DNA of 59,209 nucleotides from Aristaeellaceae bacterium (GTDB lineage Bacteria > Bacillota > Clostridia > Christensenellales > Aristaeellaceae), in NCBI GenBank assembly GCA_051883835.1, contig JBJEUL010000176.1, positions 1-59,209 of the forward strand, given 5' to 3'. This document shows positions 16,988 to 25,372 of the stretch, in pieces (position 1 is the first letter of the stretch; the number at the start of each line of letters is the position of its first letter). The position numbers were made by a program, and so were the translations under genes. The notes below the pieces were generated by a model. It worked only from the letters and a program-made list of their open reading frames with translations, did not search any database and was not told the DNA's origin.

Positions 16988-17080
16988 CAGTCATATTCCG
17001 GGCCGATTCCGGCTGGAAGATATTCTGCAAACGTGCCGGGCCGTATCGGGCCTGCGCAGTAGCGATGGAGGAATGTTCCC

Positions 17081-17278
17081 ATGAAGCATATCCAGACCAT
17101 TCAAAATCCCTGCCTGAAGCAGTCCCTGGTGCACGGCGGCTGCGGCGAGTGCCAGGCCTCCTGCCAGAGCGCCTGCAAGACCAGCTGCACCGTGGCCAAC
17201 CAGTCCTGCGCCAACCGGGAGAACAACGCTGTCCTGGCCGGTAACGAGGGCAAGCTCAACCGCTCCTTCGGCAAGTAA
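17081..17278 (+). CDS. SCIFF (six-cysteines-in-forty-five) ranthipeptide precursor, C-terminally extended (65 aa)
   Basis: MKHIQTI leader plus core GGCGECQASCQSACKTSCTVANQSC, the SCIFF signature. Directly upstream of its radical SAM/SPASM maturase. Confidence 0.9.
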   Translation: MKHIQTIQNPCLKQSLVHGGCGECQASCQSACKTSCTVANQSCANRENNAVLAGNEGKLNRSFGK

Positions 17279-17295
17279 GCCGCAGCAGCAACGCG

Positions 17296-17322
17296 AAAAG
17301 GGCGGGCGTTTCCGCCCTTTTT
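17296..17322 (+). terminator. Intrinsic terminator/attenuator between the SCIFF precursor and maturase genes
   Basis: AAAAGGGCGG-GCGTTT-CCGCCCTTTTT, 18 nt after the SCIFF stop. Confidence 0.7.
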
Positions 17323-17363
17323 GCTATGGAATCAGAACAAACGCAAAGCAGGAGGATGCCAAG

Positions 17364-18719
17364 TTGATTCATACATTCAAGGCGGTGGGCCAGCCCATGC
17401 TGCTGGACGTGGGCAGCGGCGCGGTTCATGCCATCGACGATATGGCTTATGATGTGCTGAGCCTGTGGAACGACCACAGCGAGGCCGAAATCAAGGACGC
17501 GCTCCGGGACCGCTACACCGAGGCGGAGCTGGACGAGGTCATCGGCGAGCTGAAGCAGCTGGAGGAAATCGGCGCGCTCAACGCTCCCGACAACTATGAC
17601 GATGTGGAGCAGGTTCGCGAGAAGGGCACCATCAAGGCCATGTGCCTGCATGCCGCCCATGACTGCAACCTGCGCTGCAAGTACTGCTTTGCCGCCACGG
17701 GCGATTTCTGCATGGGTGAGCGCAAGCTCCTGCCCTACGAGGTGGGCAAGGCCGCGCTGGACTGGCTGGTGGAGCACAGCGGCAAGCGCGTGAACCTGGA
17801 GGTGGACTTCTTCGGCGGTGAACCGCTGATGAACTTCGAGGTGGTGAAGCAGCTGGTCGCCTATGGCCGCTCCATCGAGCAGGAGAAGCACAAGAAGTTC
17901 AAGTTCACCATCACCACCAACTGCGTGCTGATGAACGATGAAATCATCGACTTCCTGAACCGGGAAATGCACAACGTGGTCATCTCCATGGATGGCCGCC
18001 CCGAGGTGCATGACCGCATGCGCCCCACCGTCAACGGCAAGGGCAGCTACGCCATCATTGCCGAGAAGGCCAAGAAGTTCGCCGCCGCCCGCGGGGACAA
18101 GGAATACTACGTCCGCGGCACCTACACCGGCTACAACAAGGACTTCGGCAATGATGTGCTGTTCCTGGCGGATGAAGGCTTCGAGCAGCTGAGCGTGGAG
18201 CCTGTGGTCACCGACCCCCAGTGCGAGTACGCCCTGAAGGAGGAGGATTTGCCCCAGCTCAAGGCCGAGTATGACCGGCTGGCGCAAATCTACCTTGACC
18301 GCCGCGCCAACGGCAAGTGGTTCAACTTCTTCCATTTCAATGTGGATTTGGCAGGCGGCCCCTGCCTGCGCAAGCGGCTCACCGGCTGCGGCGCGGGCAA
18401 TGAGTACGTTGCCGTGACCCCCGATGGCGACATTTACCCCTGCCACCAATTCGTGGGCCGGGAGGGCTACCGGATGGGCAGCGTGCTGGACGGCACCTTT
18501 GACACGGAAATTCAGGACAGGTTTGCCCGCAACAACGTGTTGGCCAAGGAAAAGTGCCGGGAATGCTGGGCGCGGTTCTTCTGCTCCGGCGGCTGTGCGG
18601 CCAATGCGGAGGCCTTCCACGGGGACATCTCGCAGCCCTACGACATGGAGTGCCAGCTGGAGCGCAAGCGTCTGGAATGCGCCATGGCCATCTACGCCCG
18701 TGAGCATGCACGTTCCTGA
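17364..18719 (+). CDS. SCIFF radical SAM/SPASM maturase (thioether-forming)
   Basis: CNLRCKYC radical SAM cluster (CX3CX2C), GGEP motif, C-terminal SPASM cysteines (CGAG...YPCHQF...CRECWARFFCSGGCAA). TTG start with AGGAGG 8 nt upstream. Confidence 0.9.
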   Translation: MIHTFKAVGQPMLLDVGSGAVHAIDDMAYDVLSLWNDHSEAEIKDALRDRYTEAELDEVIGELKQLEEIGALNAPDNYDDVEQVREKGTIKAMCLHAAHDCNLRCKYCFAATGDFCMGERKLLPYEVGKAALDWLVEHSGKRVNLEVDFFGGEPLMNFEVVKQLVAYGRSIEQEKHKKFKFTITTNCVLMNDEIIDFLNREMHNVVISMDGRPEVHDRMRPTVNGKGSYAIIAEKAKKFAAARGDKEYYVRGTYTGYNKDFGNDVLFLADEGFEQLSVEPVVTDPQCEYALKEEDLPQLKAEYDRLAQIYLDRRANGKWFNFFHFNVDLAGGPCLRKRLTGCGAGNEYVAVTPDGDIYPCHQFVGREGYRMGSVLDGTFDTEIQDRFARNNVLAKEKCRECWARFFCSGGCAANAEAFHGDISQPYDMECQLERKRLECAMAIYAREHARS

Positions 18720-18724
18720 CAATT

Positions 18725-18912
18725 CCCCAGGGACCGCGCCAGCGGAAAGGGGTCAAGGGGCGATGCCCCTTGTGGGGTGCAGGGGTGAAGCCCCTGCGCA
18801 GGTCTGGGCGGCAGCCCAGCGCAACACGTTCGCATTGTAAAACGGAACCGCAAAAAACGTGAGTTTCCAAGCAGACGACGCAGTTCGTCCGCGCTGGAAA
18901 CGGCAGGTTCCG
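18725..18912 (+). repeat. Multi-hairpin intergenic repeat, copy D (modules 1-2)
   Basis: Begins about 6 nt after the SCIFF-maturase TGA. Hairpin 2 has the T:G variant (GCAGGGGT-GAA-GCCCCTGC). Confidence 0.9.
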
Positions 18913-18972
18913 CAGCCTCTATCGGTGTGCCCTCGCCCCAGTCGTATCTTTGCAGATTCTATAGAAAAAAGC

Positions 18973-19020
18973 GCATCGGTGTGGTATGATGAATGCATCA
19001 CACCGATGCCCTTTCTTTTG
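18973..19020 (+). terminator. Intrinsic terminator downstream of repeat D
   Basis: 11-bp stem GCATCGGTGTG/CACACCGATGC followed by CCTTTCTTTTG. The loop contains TGgTATGAT. Confidence 0.6.
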
Positions 19021-19045
19021 GGAAGGCGTTGCGCTTAGGAGGTTG

Positions 19046-19528
19046 ATGGCAACCATGAAAAAGGTACTGTTCGTCTGCCACGGCAACATTTGCCGCAGCC
19101 CCATGGCGGAGGTCATCTTCCGCGAGCTGCTGGTCAGGCGGGGCCTGACTGACCGCTTCACCGTGGATTCCGCAGCGGTCAGCAGCGAGGAGCTGGGGAA
19201 CCCTGTGTACCCCAGCGCGCAGCAGGAGCTGACACGCCGCGGCCTGCCTGCCAGCGACCACAGGGCATGGCAGCTCTCCCGGGCGGATTATGACCGCTAT
19301 GACTATTTTGTGGCCATGGATATGGACAACGCGTACCGGATGCTGCGCATCTTCGGCGGGGATGAGCAGTGCAAAATCAGCCTGCTGCTGGGGCACACGA
19401 ATCGTCCCGGCGATGTGGAGGATCCATGGTTCACCTTCCGCTTCGACTATGTGTTTGACGAAATTACCCGGGGCTGTGAAGCCCTGCTGACCGATTTGCT
19501 GAAGGATGAGCGCGGTGCGCAGTCCTGA
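19046..19528 (+). CDS. Low-molecular-weight protein-tyrosine phosphatase
   Basis: P-loop VLFVCHGNICRSPMAE (CX5RS) and DPW motif (VEDPWF). Confidence 0.88.
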   Translation: MATMKKVLFVCHGNICRSPMAEVIFRELLVRRGLTDRFTVDSAAVSSEELGNPVYPSAQQELTRRGLPASDHRAWQLSRADYDRYDYFVAMDMDNAYRMLRIFGGDEQCKISLLLGHTNRPGDVEDPWFTFRFDYVFDEITRGCEALLTDLLKDERGAQS

Positions 19529-19561
19529 CACAGGGCTCACGGACACAGAAGGGAGACATGC

Positions 19562-20230
19562 ATGATGCTCAATATGCTGGAGGATTACATTGCCCACAGC
19601 CTGCCGGAGGTGGGCAGCTTCGAGACCCGCCCCGGCCTGCGCAGCAAGGTGGATGACGCGGGACGGCTGATTCCCTTCCGGGGGAATACCACGGTGTTCC
19701 TGCTGGGGGAGGAGGACAAGCGACGCCTGTCCCTGCTTCAGGAGGGGCTGTACCGCGCCGCGCCGGACATGCTGGCCCAGCCCCTGGACGCGGATACCTT
19801 CCATGTGACGCTGCATGACCTGGCCAACGGCACGCCCGAGCAGGAGGGCCTGTCAGCCTGGATGGCGCAGACCGAGGCAGGTGCGCGCCCCCTGCTGGCC
19901 CTGTGCCGGGAGCTGCCGCCGCTGCACATGCGCACTACATGGATGTTCAACATGGTCAATACCAGCATCGTGCTGGGGGTGAAGCCTGCGGACGAGGACA
20001 GCTGGCGGCGGCTGGATGCCATGTATGGCGCGCTGGAAACGGTGCGCCCGCTGGGCTATGCCCTCACACCGCATATTACCCTGGCCTATTACCGTCCCGG
20101 CTGGTATTCGCAGGACACGGTGGAACGGCTGCGGCATGCGCTTGGCCCGGTGGACATGACATTGACCCTTGACCCCGCTCATCTGGTGCTGCAAAACTTT
20201 GACAGCATGAACCACTACGAAACCGTATAA
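19562..20230 (+). CDS. 2H phosphoesterase superfamily protein (LigT / cyclic phosphodiesterase-like)
   Basis: Two H-x-T-x motifs about 100 aa apart: FHVTLHDL and PHITLAYY. Confidence 0.7.
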   Translation: MMLNMLEDYIAHSLPEVGSFETRPGLRSKVDDAGRLIPFRGNTTVFLLGEEDKRRLSLLQEGLYRAAPDMLAQPLDADTFHVTLHDLANGTPEQEGLSAWMAQTEAGARPLLALCRELPPLHMRTTWMFNMVNTSIVLGVKPADEDSWRRLDAMYGALETVRPLGYALTPHITLAYYRPGWYSQDTVERLRHALGPVDMTLTLDPAHLVLQNFDSMNHYETV

Positions 20231-20236
20231 CAGGCA

Positions 20237-20286
20237 AACGGGTGTGGAACCTGCCCGGCAAGGGGCGTTCCACACCCGTTCTTTTG
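20237..20286. terminator. Bidirectional terminator between the 2H-phosphoesterase and CHAP genes
   Basis: 14-bp stem AACGGGTGTGGAAC/GTTCCACACCCGTT followed by CTTTTG. Confidence 0.65.
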
Positions 20287-20304
20287 GGGGTATCAGGCTA
20301 TCGT

Positions 20305-21108
20305 TCAGGGCGCAGGGGTGGGGGTGGTCAGGGCGTTGTATTCGTCATCGGGTACCCAGGTCATCAGGAAGCAGTTGACATAATAGGGCGACTTCTTGCT
20401 GGCGGAGCTGCTGGGCTTGCTGGAAGGTACCGTGTAGTCGATGCAGGCGGATTCCGTCAGGGTGCGCTCCGCTTCCGGCACGGCGGAAAGGTTCTTCTGC
20501 CAGTCATCGGCGTTCATGTCGTAGTCGTGGACGTACAGCTTGACCCGGTTGGACATGTTGCCCTCCAGGGTGGTCAGGCGGAAGCGGCCCTCGCCCAGCT
20601 CCTGAACATCATACACCAGGGCCACGTGGATGGTCTTGTTGTAGGAGCAGCCGTAGACCAGCAGGTAGCCCTTCTGCGGCACCTGCGTGGTGCGGTTCAT
20701 CAGCTGATAGCCCCGCAGCAGCTTGCCCACGCTGGCTTCCTTCACATGGAAAACCCCCTGCGCAGGATAAAAGCCGTCCGCACCGGCATTCTTTTTGACG
20801 TACTCCAGCTCCTCCATGGGCACACCGGCCTCCAGCATGCACCAGGTGATGTAGCCGCCGCACCAGCCAAAGCTCACACCCTTGCCGCGCCATTCGGTGT
20901 ATTTGTTCACCTTCTTGAGAACCTTGCCGTCCAGGGTCTGCCATTCGTTGTAGGCGATGTCCAGCACACGCTGAATGATGGCAGGCGGCTCCAGCTGCGT
21001 CTGTGCCAGCGGAATGGGCGGAGGCGTGGGGGTGGCGGTGGCGGCCAGCGCGGAGGAACACAGCATGCAGCCCAGCAGCACGGCCAGCAGACAACGGAAC
21101 AAACGCAT
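20305..21108 (-). CDS. Secreted CHAP/NlpC-P60-like cell-wall peptidase (probable)
   Basis: Signal peptide MRLFRCLLAVLLGCMLCSSALA, candidate catalytic Cys in FGWCGGYITW, candidate His in IHVALVYD. Confidence 0.62.
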   Translation of the reverse strand: MRLFRCLLAVLLGCMLCSSALAATATPTPPPIPLAQTQLEPPAIIQRVLDIAYNEWQTLDGKVLKKVNKYTEWRGKGVSFGWCGGYITWCMLEAGVPMEELEYVKKNAGADGFYPAQGVFHVKEASVGKLLRGYQLMNRTTQVPQKGYLLVYGCSYNKTIHVALVYDVQELGEGRFRLTTLEGNMSNRVKLYVHDYDMNADDWQKNLSAVPEAERTLTESACIDYTVPSSKPSSSASKKSPYYVNCFLMTWVPDDEYNALTTPTPAP

Positions 21109-21192
21109 GGGGAATGTCTCCTTTCGGTGGGGAATATGACCCTACTATACCACGGATGATGGGAAAAGGAAAGCCGCCGGGGATATCCGTCA

Positions 21193-21221
21193 TTGAAATT
21201 TACACTCGCCCATGGTATAAT
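21193..21221 (+). promoter_or_regulatory. Putative sigma-A promoter of rfbACBD
   Basis: TTGAAA (21193-21198), 17 nt, TGgTATAAT extended -10 (TATAAT at 21216-21221). Confidence 0.5.
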
Positions 21222-21271
21222 GCCATTGCGTTGATTCTGTAGGGTAGTTGCACATAAAGGAGCGTTGAAGC

Positions 21272-22159
21272 ATGAAAGGCATCATTCTGGCCGGCGGTGC
21301 CGGAACACGGCTGTATCCCCTGACCATGGTTACGAGCAAGCAGCTGCTGCCGGTTTACGATAAGCCCATGATTTATTATCCGCTGTCCACGCTGATGCTG
21401 GCGGGTATCCGGGATATCCTCATCATTTCCACCCCCGAGGATACCCCGCGCTTTGAGCATCTGCTGGGGGACGGCAGCCAGTTCGGCCTGAACCTGAGCT
21501 ACTGCGTGCAGCCCTCGCCGGATGGGCTGGCACAGGCGTTCCTGCTGGGGGAGGATTTCATCGGGGCCGAGGCCTGCGCCATGGTGCTGGGCGACAATAT
21601 CTTCTATGGCAATGGCTTCGGCAAGATTCTGCGCACCGCTGCTGCAAACGCCGAGCAGAATGCCCGGGCCACCGTGTTCGGCTACTATGTCACCGACCCG
21701 GAACGCTTCGGCGTGGTGGCGTTCGATGACAGCGGCAAGGTCGTCTCCGTGGAGGAAAAGCCCAAAGAGCCCAAGAGCAACTACGCTGTCACGGGCCTGT
21801 ACTTCTACCCCAAGGGCGTGTCCGCCATGGCCCATGAGGTGAAGCCCTCCGCCCGGGGTGAGCTGGAAATCACCACGCTCAATGAAATGTACCTGCATCA
21901 GGAGCTGCTGGATGTGCAGCTGCTGGGCCGGGGCTTCGCATGGCTGGATACCGGCACCATGGACAGCCTGGTGGACGCGGCAGACTTCGTGCGCATGATT
22001 GAGCAGCGGCAGGGCATCAAAATCAGCGCGCCGGAGGAAATTGCCTACAGGAACGGCTGGATCAGCAGGGACAAGCTGCTGGAATCTGCGGCCCGTTACG
22101 GCAAGAGCCCCTATGGTGCCCACTTGAAGGCCGTGGCGGAAGGAAAGGTGCGGTATTGA
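21272..22159 (+). CDS. rfbA: Glucose-1-phosphate thymidylyltransferase
   Basis: [18 protein letters not shown]...[18 protein letters not shown], the canonical RmlA N-terminus. Confidence 0.93.
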   Translation: MKGIILAGGAGTRLYPLTMVTSKQLLPVYDKPMIYYPLSTLMLAGIRDILIISTPEDTPRFEHLLGDGSQFGLNLSYCVQPSPDGLAQAFLLGEDFIGAEACAMVLGDNIFYGNGFGKILRTAAANAEQNARATVFGYYVTDPERFGVVAFDDSGKVVSVEEKPKEPKSNYAVTGLYFYPKGVSAMAHEVKPSARGELEITTLNEMYLHQELLDVQLLGRGFAWLDTGTMDSLVDAADFVRMIEQRQGIKISAPEEIAYRNGWISRDKLLESAARYGKSPYGAHLKAVAEGKVRY

Positions 22160-22722
22160 TGAAGCGAATCGACACTCCGCTGCCGGGCGTGTGCATCCTG
22201 GAGCCGGATGTGCATGGGGATGCCCGGGGCTACTTCATGGAGACGTACTCCACGCGGAACTTCGCGGCGGTGGGCCTGGACACGGTGTTCGTGCAGGACA
22301 ACGAGTCCTTCTCGGCGCACAAGGGCGTTTTGCGGGGCATCCATTTCCAGAATGCCCCCATGGCGCAGGCCAAGCTGGTGCGCGTCACCAGGGGCGCGGC
22401 ATTGGATGTGGCCATTGATCTGCGCAAGGGCAGCCCCACCTACAAGCAATGGGTCAAGGTGGAGCTGAGCGAGGAGAACAAGCGGATGCTCTACATCCCC
22501 CGGGGCTTCGGACATGGCTTCGTGACCCTGACGGAGGATGTGGTGTTCTGCTATAAGGTGGATAACCTCTACAGCAGGGAATGTGACCGGGGCATCCGCT
22601 TCGATGACCCCGCCATCGGCGTGGACTGGGGCGAGGTGGACGAAAGCCTGCTCTCCCCCAAGGATACCAAAGCCCCCCCGCTGGCGGACAGCGACTGCAA
22701 TTTTGTCTACGGCGAAATCTGA
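22156..22722 (+). CDS. rfbC: dTDP-4-dehydrorhamnose 3,5-epimerase
   Basis: [39 protein letters not shown], RmlC cupin motifs. 4-nt overlap with rfbA. Confidence 0.92.
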   Translation: MMKRIDTPLPGVCILEPDVHGDARGYFMETYSTRNFAAVGLDTVFVQDNESFSAHKGVLRGIHFQNAPMAQAKLVRVTRGAALDVAIDLRKGSPTYKQWVKVELSEENKRMLYIPRGFGHGFVTLTEDVVFCYKVDNLYSRECDRGIRFDDPAIGVDWGEVDESLLSPKDTKAPPLADSDCNFVYGEI

Positions 22723-22733
22723 GGAGGATACCT

Positions 22734-23753
22734 ATGACCATCATCGTGACCGGCGGTGCCGGGTTCATCGGCAGCAACTTTATCTTCCACATGCTGGACA
22801 AGCACCCGGAGGATCGTATTATCTGCCTGGACAAGCTGACCTATGCGGGCAACCTCAGCACCCTGAAGGGCGTGATGGACAAGCCCAATTTCCGCTTCGT
22901 GAAGGCGGACATCTGCGACCGGGAGGCGGTGTTCGCCCTCTTTGAGGAGGAGCATCCCGATATCGTGGTCAACTTCGCGGCGGAGAGCCACGTTGACCGC
23001 TCCATCGAGAACCCCGGCGTGTTCCTGCAAACCAACATCATCGGCACGGCCACGCTGATGGATGCCTGCCGCAAGTACGGTATCCAGCGGTATCATCAGG
23101 TGTCCACGGATGAGGTCTACGGTGATTTGCCGCTGGATCGGCCTGACCTGTTCTTCACCGAGGAAACCCCCATTCATACCTCCAGCCCCTATTCCTCCTC
23201 CAAGGCCGGGGCTGACCTGCTGGTGCTGGCCTATCACCGCACCTTCGGCCTGCCGGTGACCATTTCCCGCTGCTCCAACAATTACGGCCCCTATCATTTC
23301 CCGGAAAAGCTCATCCCCCTGATGATTGCCAACGCCCTGGCCGACAAGCCCCTGCCCGTCTACGGCACCGGCGAGAACGTCCGCGACTGGCTCTATGTGG
23401 AGGATCACTGCAAGGCCATTGACCTGATTATCCGCAAGGGCCGGGTGGGCGAGGTGTACAACATCGGCGGCCACAATGAGATGCGCAATATCGACATCGT
23501 GAAGATCATCTGCCAGACGCTGGGCAAGCCCGAGAGCCTTATCACCTATGTCACCGACCGCAAGGGCCATGACCTGCGCTATGCCATCGACCCCACGAAA
23601 ATCCACAGCGAGCTGGGCTGGCTGCCGGAAACGAAGTTTGTGGACGGCATTCAAAAGACCATCCAGTGGTACCTGGACAACAGGGATTGGTGGGAAGAAA
23701 TCATCTCCGGGGAATACCAGCAGTATTATCAGAAAATGTACGGCGACCGGTGA
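22734..23753 (+). CDS. rfbB: dTDP-glucose 4,6-dehydratase
   Basis: TGGAGFIGSNF Rossmann motif, VSTDEVYG, YSSSKAGADLL (YxxxK). Confidence 0.93.
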   Translation: MTIIVTGGAGFIGSNFIFHMLDKHPEDRIICLDKLTYAGNLSTLKGVMDKPNFRFVKADICDREAVFALFEEEHPDIVVNFAAESHVDRSIENPGVFLQTNIIGTATLMDACRKYGIQRYHQVSTDEVYGDLPLDRPDLFFTEETPIHTSSPYSSSKAGADLLVLAYHRTFGLPVTISRCSNNYGPYHFPEKLIPLMIANALADKPLPVYGTGENVRDWLYVEDHCKAIDLIIRKGRVGEVYNIGGHNEMRNIDIVKIICQTLGKPESLITYVTDRKGHDLRYAIDPTKIHSELGWLPETKFVDGIQKTIQWYLDNRDWWEEIISGEYQQYYQKMYGDR

Positions 23754-23766
23754 GCGGAGGGAGAGC

Positions 23767-24600
23767 ATGAAGGTACTGGTAACGGGTGCGGCAGGCCGTC
23801 TGGGTGCAGCGGTGATGCGCTGCCTGCGGGACAGACGGGTGGATTGCCTGGGCGTGGATCGGGAGGACTTTGACCTGCTGGATGGCGCGGCGGTGCATCG
23901 CGCCGTGCAGGCGTACAGGCCGGATGCCATCCTCCATTGCGCCGCCTACACCGATGCGGAGCAGGCCGAAACGGAACCGCAGAAGTGCGCCGAGGTCAAC
24001 GGCATGGGCACGCTGAACGTGGTGCGTGCCGCGCTGGCGGTGGATGCCAAACTGATGTATATCTCGGACGTGGCCGTGTTCCCCGGCGATGGCGACAGAC
24101 CCTGGGAAACCACGGAGCGCACCAACGCCCGCAGCGTCTACGGCCTGACCAAGGCGCAGGGTGAGGAAGCCATTTCCAGCCTGATGACCCGGTACTTCAT
24201 CGTCCGCACCTCCTGGCTCTACGGCGGGGAAGGGGAGGACTTTGTGCAGCAAGTGCTGACCATGGCACAGGGCCGGAGCGAAATCATCATGTGCGGCACG
24301 GAGGTGTCCTCGCCCACGCTGACGCCGGAGCTGGCCCAGCGGCTGTGCGACATGCTGGCCACGGAACGCTACGGCGTGTATCACATGGTGGGCGAGGGCT
24401 TCTGCACCCGGGCGGAATGGGCCAGCAGCATCCTGCGCCTGTCGGGCACCCGCTGTACGGTGCGCCCGGTGGATACACCCTGGATGGCCAAGGTGCCCCG
24501 GAATGGTCGCCTGAGCACCGCCAGTCTGACCCAGGAAGGCTTCGAGAAGCTGCCCCCCTGGGAGGACTCCCTCACCCATTACCTAACCCAAACCCGCTAA
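23767..24600 (+). CDS. rfbD: dTDP-4-dehydrorhamnose reductase
   Basis: MKVLVTGAAGRLG start, YGLTKAQGE (YxxxK), last gene of the rfbACBD block. GGAGGGAG RBS before ATG 23767. Confidence 0.9.
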   Translation: MKVLVTGAAGRLGAAVMRCLRDRRVDCLGVDREDFDLLDGAAVHRAVQAYRPDAILHCAAYTDAEQAETEPQKCAEVNGMGTLNVVRAALAVDAKLMYISDVAVFPGDGDRPWETTERTNARSVYGLTKAQGEEAISSLMTRYFIVRTSWLYGGEGEDFVQQVLTMAQGRSEIIMCGTEVSSPTLTPELAQRLCDMLATERYGVYHMVGEGFCTRAEWASSILRLSGTRCTVRPVDTPWMAKVPRNGRLSTASLTQEGFEKLPPWEDSLTHYLTQTR

Positions 24601-24610
24601 CCCCCCCCCA

Positions 24611-24816
24611 ACGGACCGCGCCAGCGGAAAGGGGTCAAGGGGCGATGCCCCTTGTGGGGTGCAGGGGTGAAACCCCTGCGCAGGTCTGGGCGGCAGCCCA
24701 GCGCAACACGCCCGAACAGCAAAAAAGGAAAAGAGAAAACGTGAGTTTCCAAGCAGACAACGCAGTTCGTCCGCGTAGGAAACGGCAGGTTCCGCATACC
24801 TGCATGAGGAACGACC
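24611..24816 (+). repeat. Multi-hairpin intergenic repeat, copy E (full length)
   Basis: Follows the rfbD TAA after a C9 run. All four hairpins are present. Module 2 has GACAA (one mismatch). Confidence 0.9.
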
Positions 24817-24837
24817 TCATCCGACTTCGCTTCGCCC

Positions 24838-24872
24838 GGCCTACTCCCTGCATAGGGAGCAGGCCGCTTTTT
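24838..24872 (+). terminator. Intrinsic terminator downstream of repeat E
   Basis: GGCCTaCTCCCT-GCAT-AGGGAGcAGGCC followed by GCTTTTT. Confidence 0.6.
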
Positions 24873-24877
24873 ATGCC

Positions 24878-25275
24878 TGTGGATAACCTGCGCACCTGAA
24901 AGTTTTGACGGCAACAGGGCAATTTCCTGCATTTGCAGGAGCAGCATGGCCCGAAAGGGCCTGTTCGCCACCGATTCGGACAATGACAGGACAATCCAAT
25001 CATCATTTTTGTGCATAAATATGCAATTCAACAATTGGGGATATATCCAAAGAACGCCAAAAGTCCCGTGTTTGGCTGGGGATAAAATGCCCCGGAGCAG
25101 GGGAAAGCATGTGGAGGAAAGCTGTGGAAAACCTGTGGATAATGTGGATAACTCAGAAAGAATGGCGTAAATCAAGGATTTTCCGTTCGCAAGGCTGTGG
25201 ATAACGCTGTGCATTGTGTGGATGGATAACGCACTTACCCACAGGCCGAAAATGAAGGAGGCTTCATTTTCCACA
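24878..25275. promoter_or_regulatory. DnaA-box cluster in an AT-richer intergenic island
   Basis: Perfect TGTGGATAA (complement of TTATCCACA) at 24878, 25134, 25143 and 25196. One-mismatch boxes at 25077, 25123 and, inverted, 25267. Two-mismatch boxes at 25110 and 25217. AT-rich stretch at 25005-25050. Confidence 0.75.
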
Positions 25276-25372
25276 GCGGGGCTATGCATGGAAAAACGGT
25301 ATGCCAGATTTTCCATGCCGATGTTCTTGCAGGGTCGGACAGCGCATACCCTGTCGGCAGGAGGTGCGTGCC

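Noticed and set aside
24878-25275. Calling the DnaA-box cluster the chromosomal replication origin (oriC).
   Set aside because: Genes on both sides are mostly on the + strand, so there is no switch in transcription polarity. No dnaA, dnaN or rpmH gene is nearby, and I saw no DnaA-trio-like repeats next to the boxes. It is kept as a DnaA-box cluster. GC skew and marker-frequency data are needed to exclude an origin fully.
24597-25316. 239-aa minus-strand ORF and 74-aa plus-strand ORF (24946-25170) in the rfbD-cwlD gap.
   Set aside because: The long ORF runs through repeat copy E and the DnaA boxes, and its sequence looks non-protein-like. Neither ORF has an RBS or any recognisable motif. The region is better explained as regulatory DNA.
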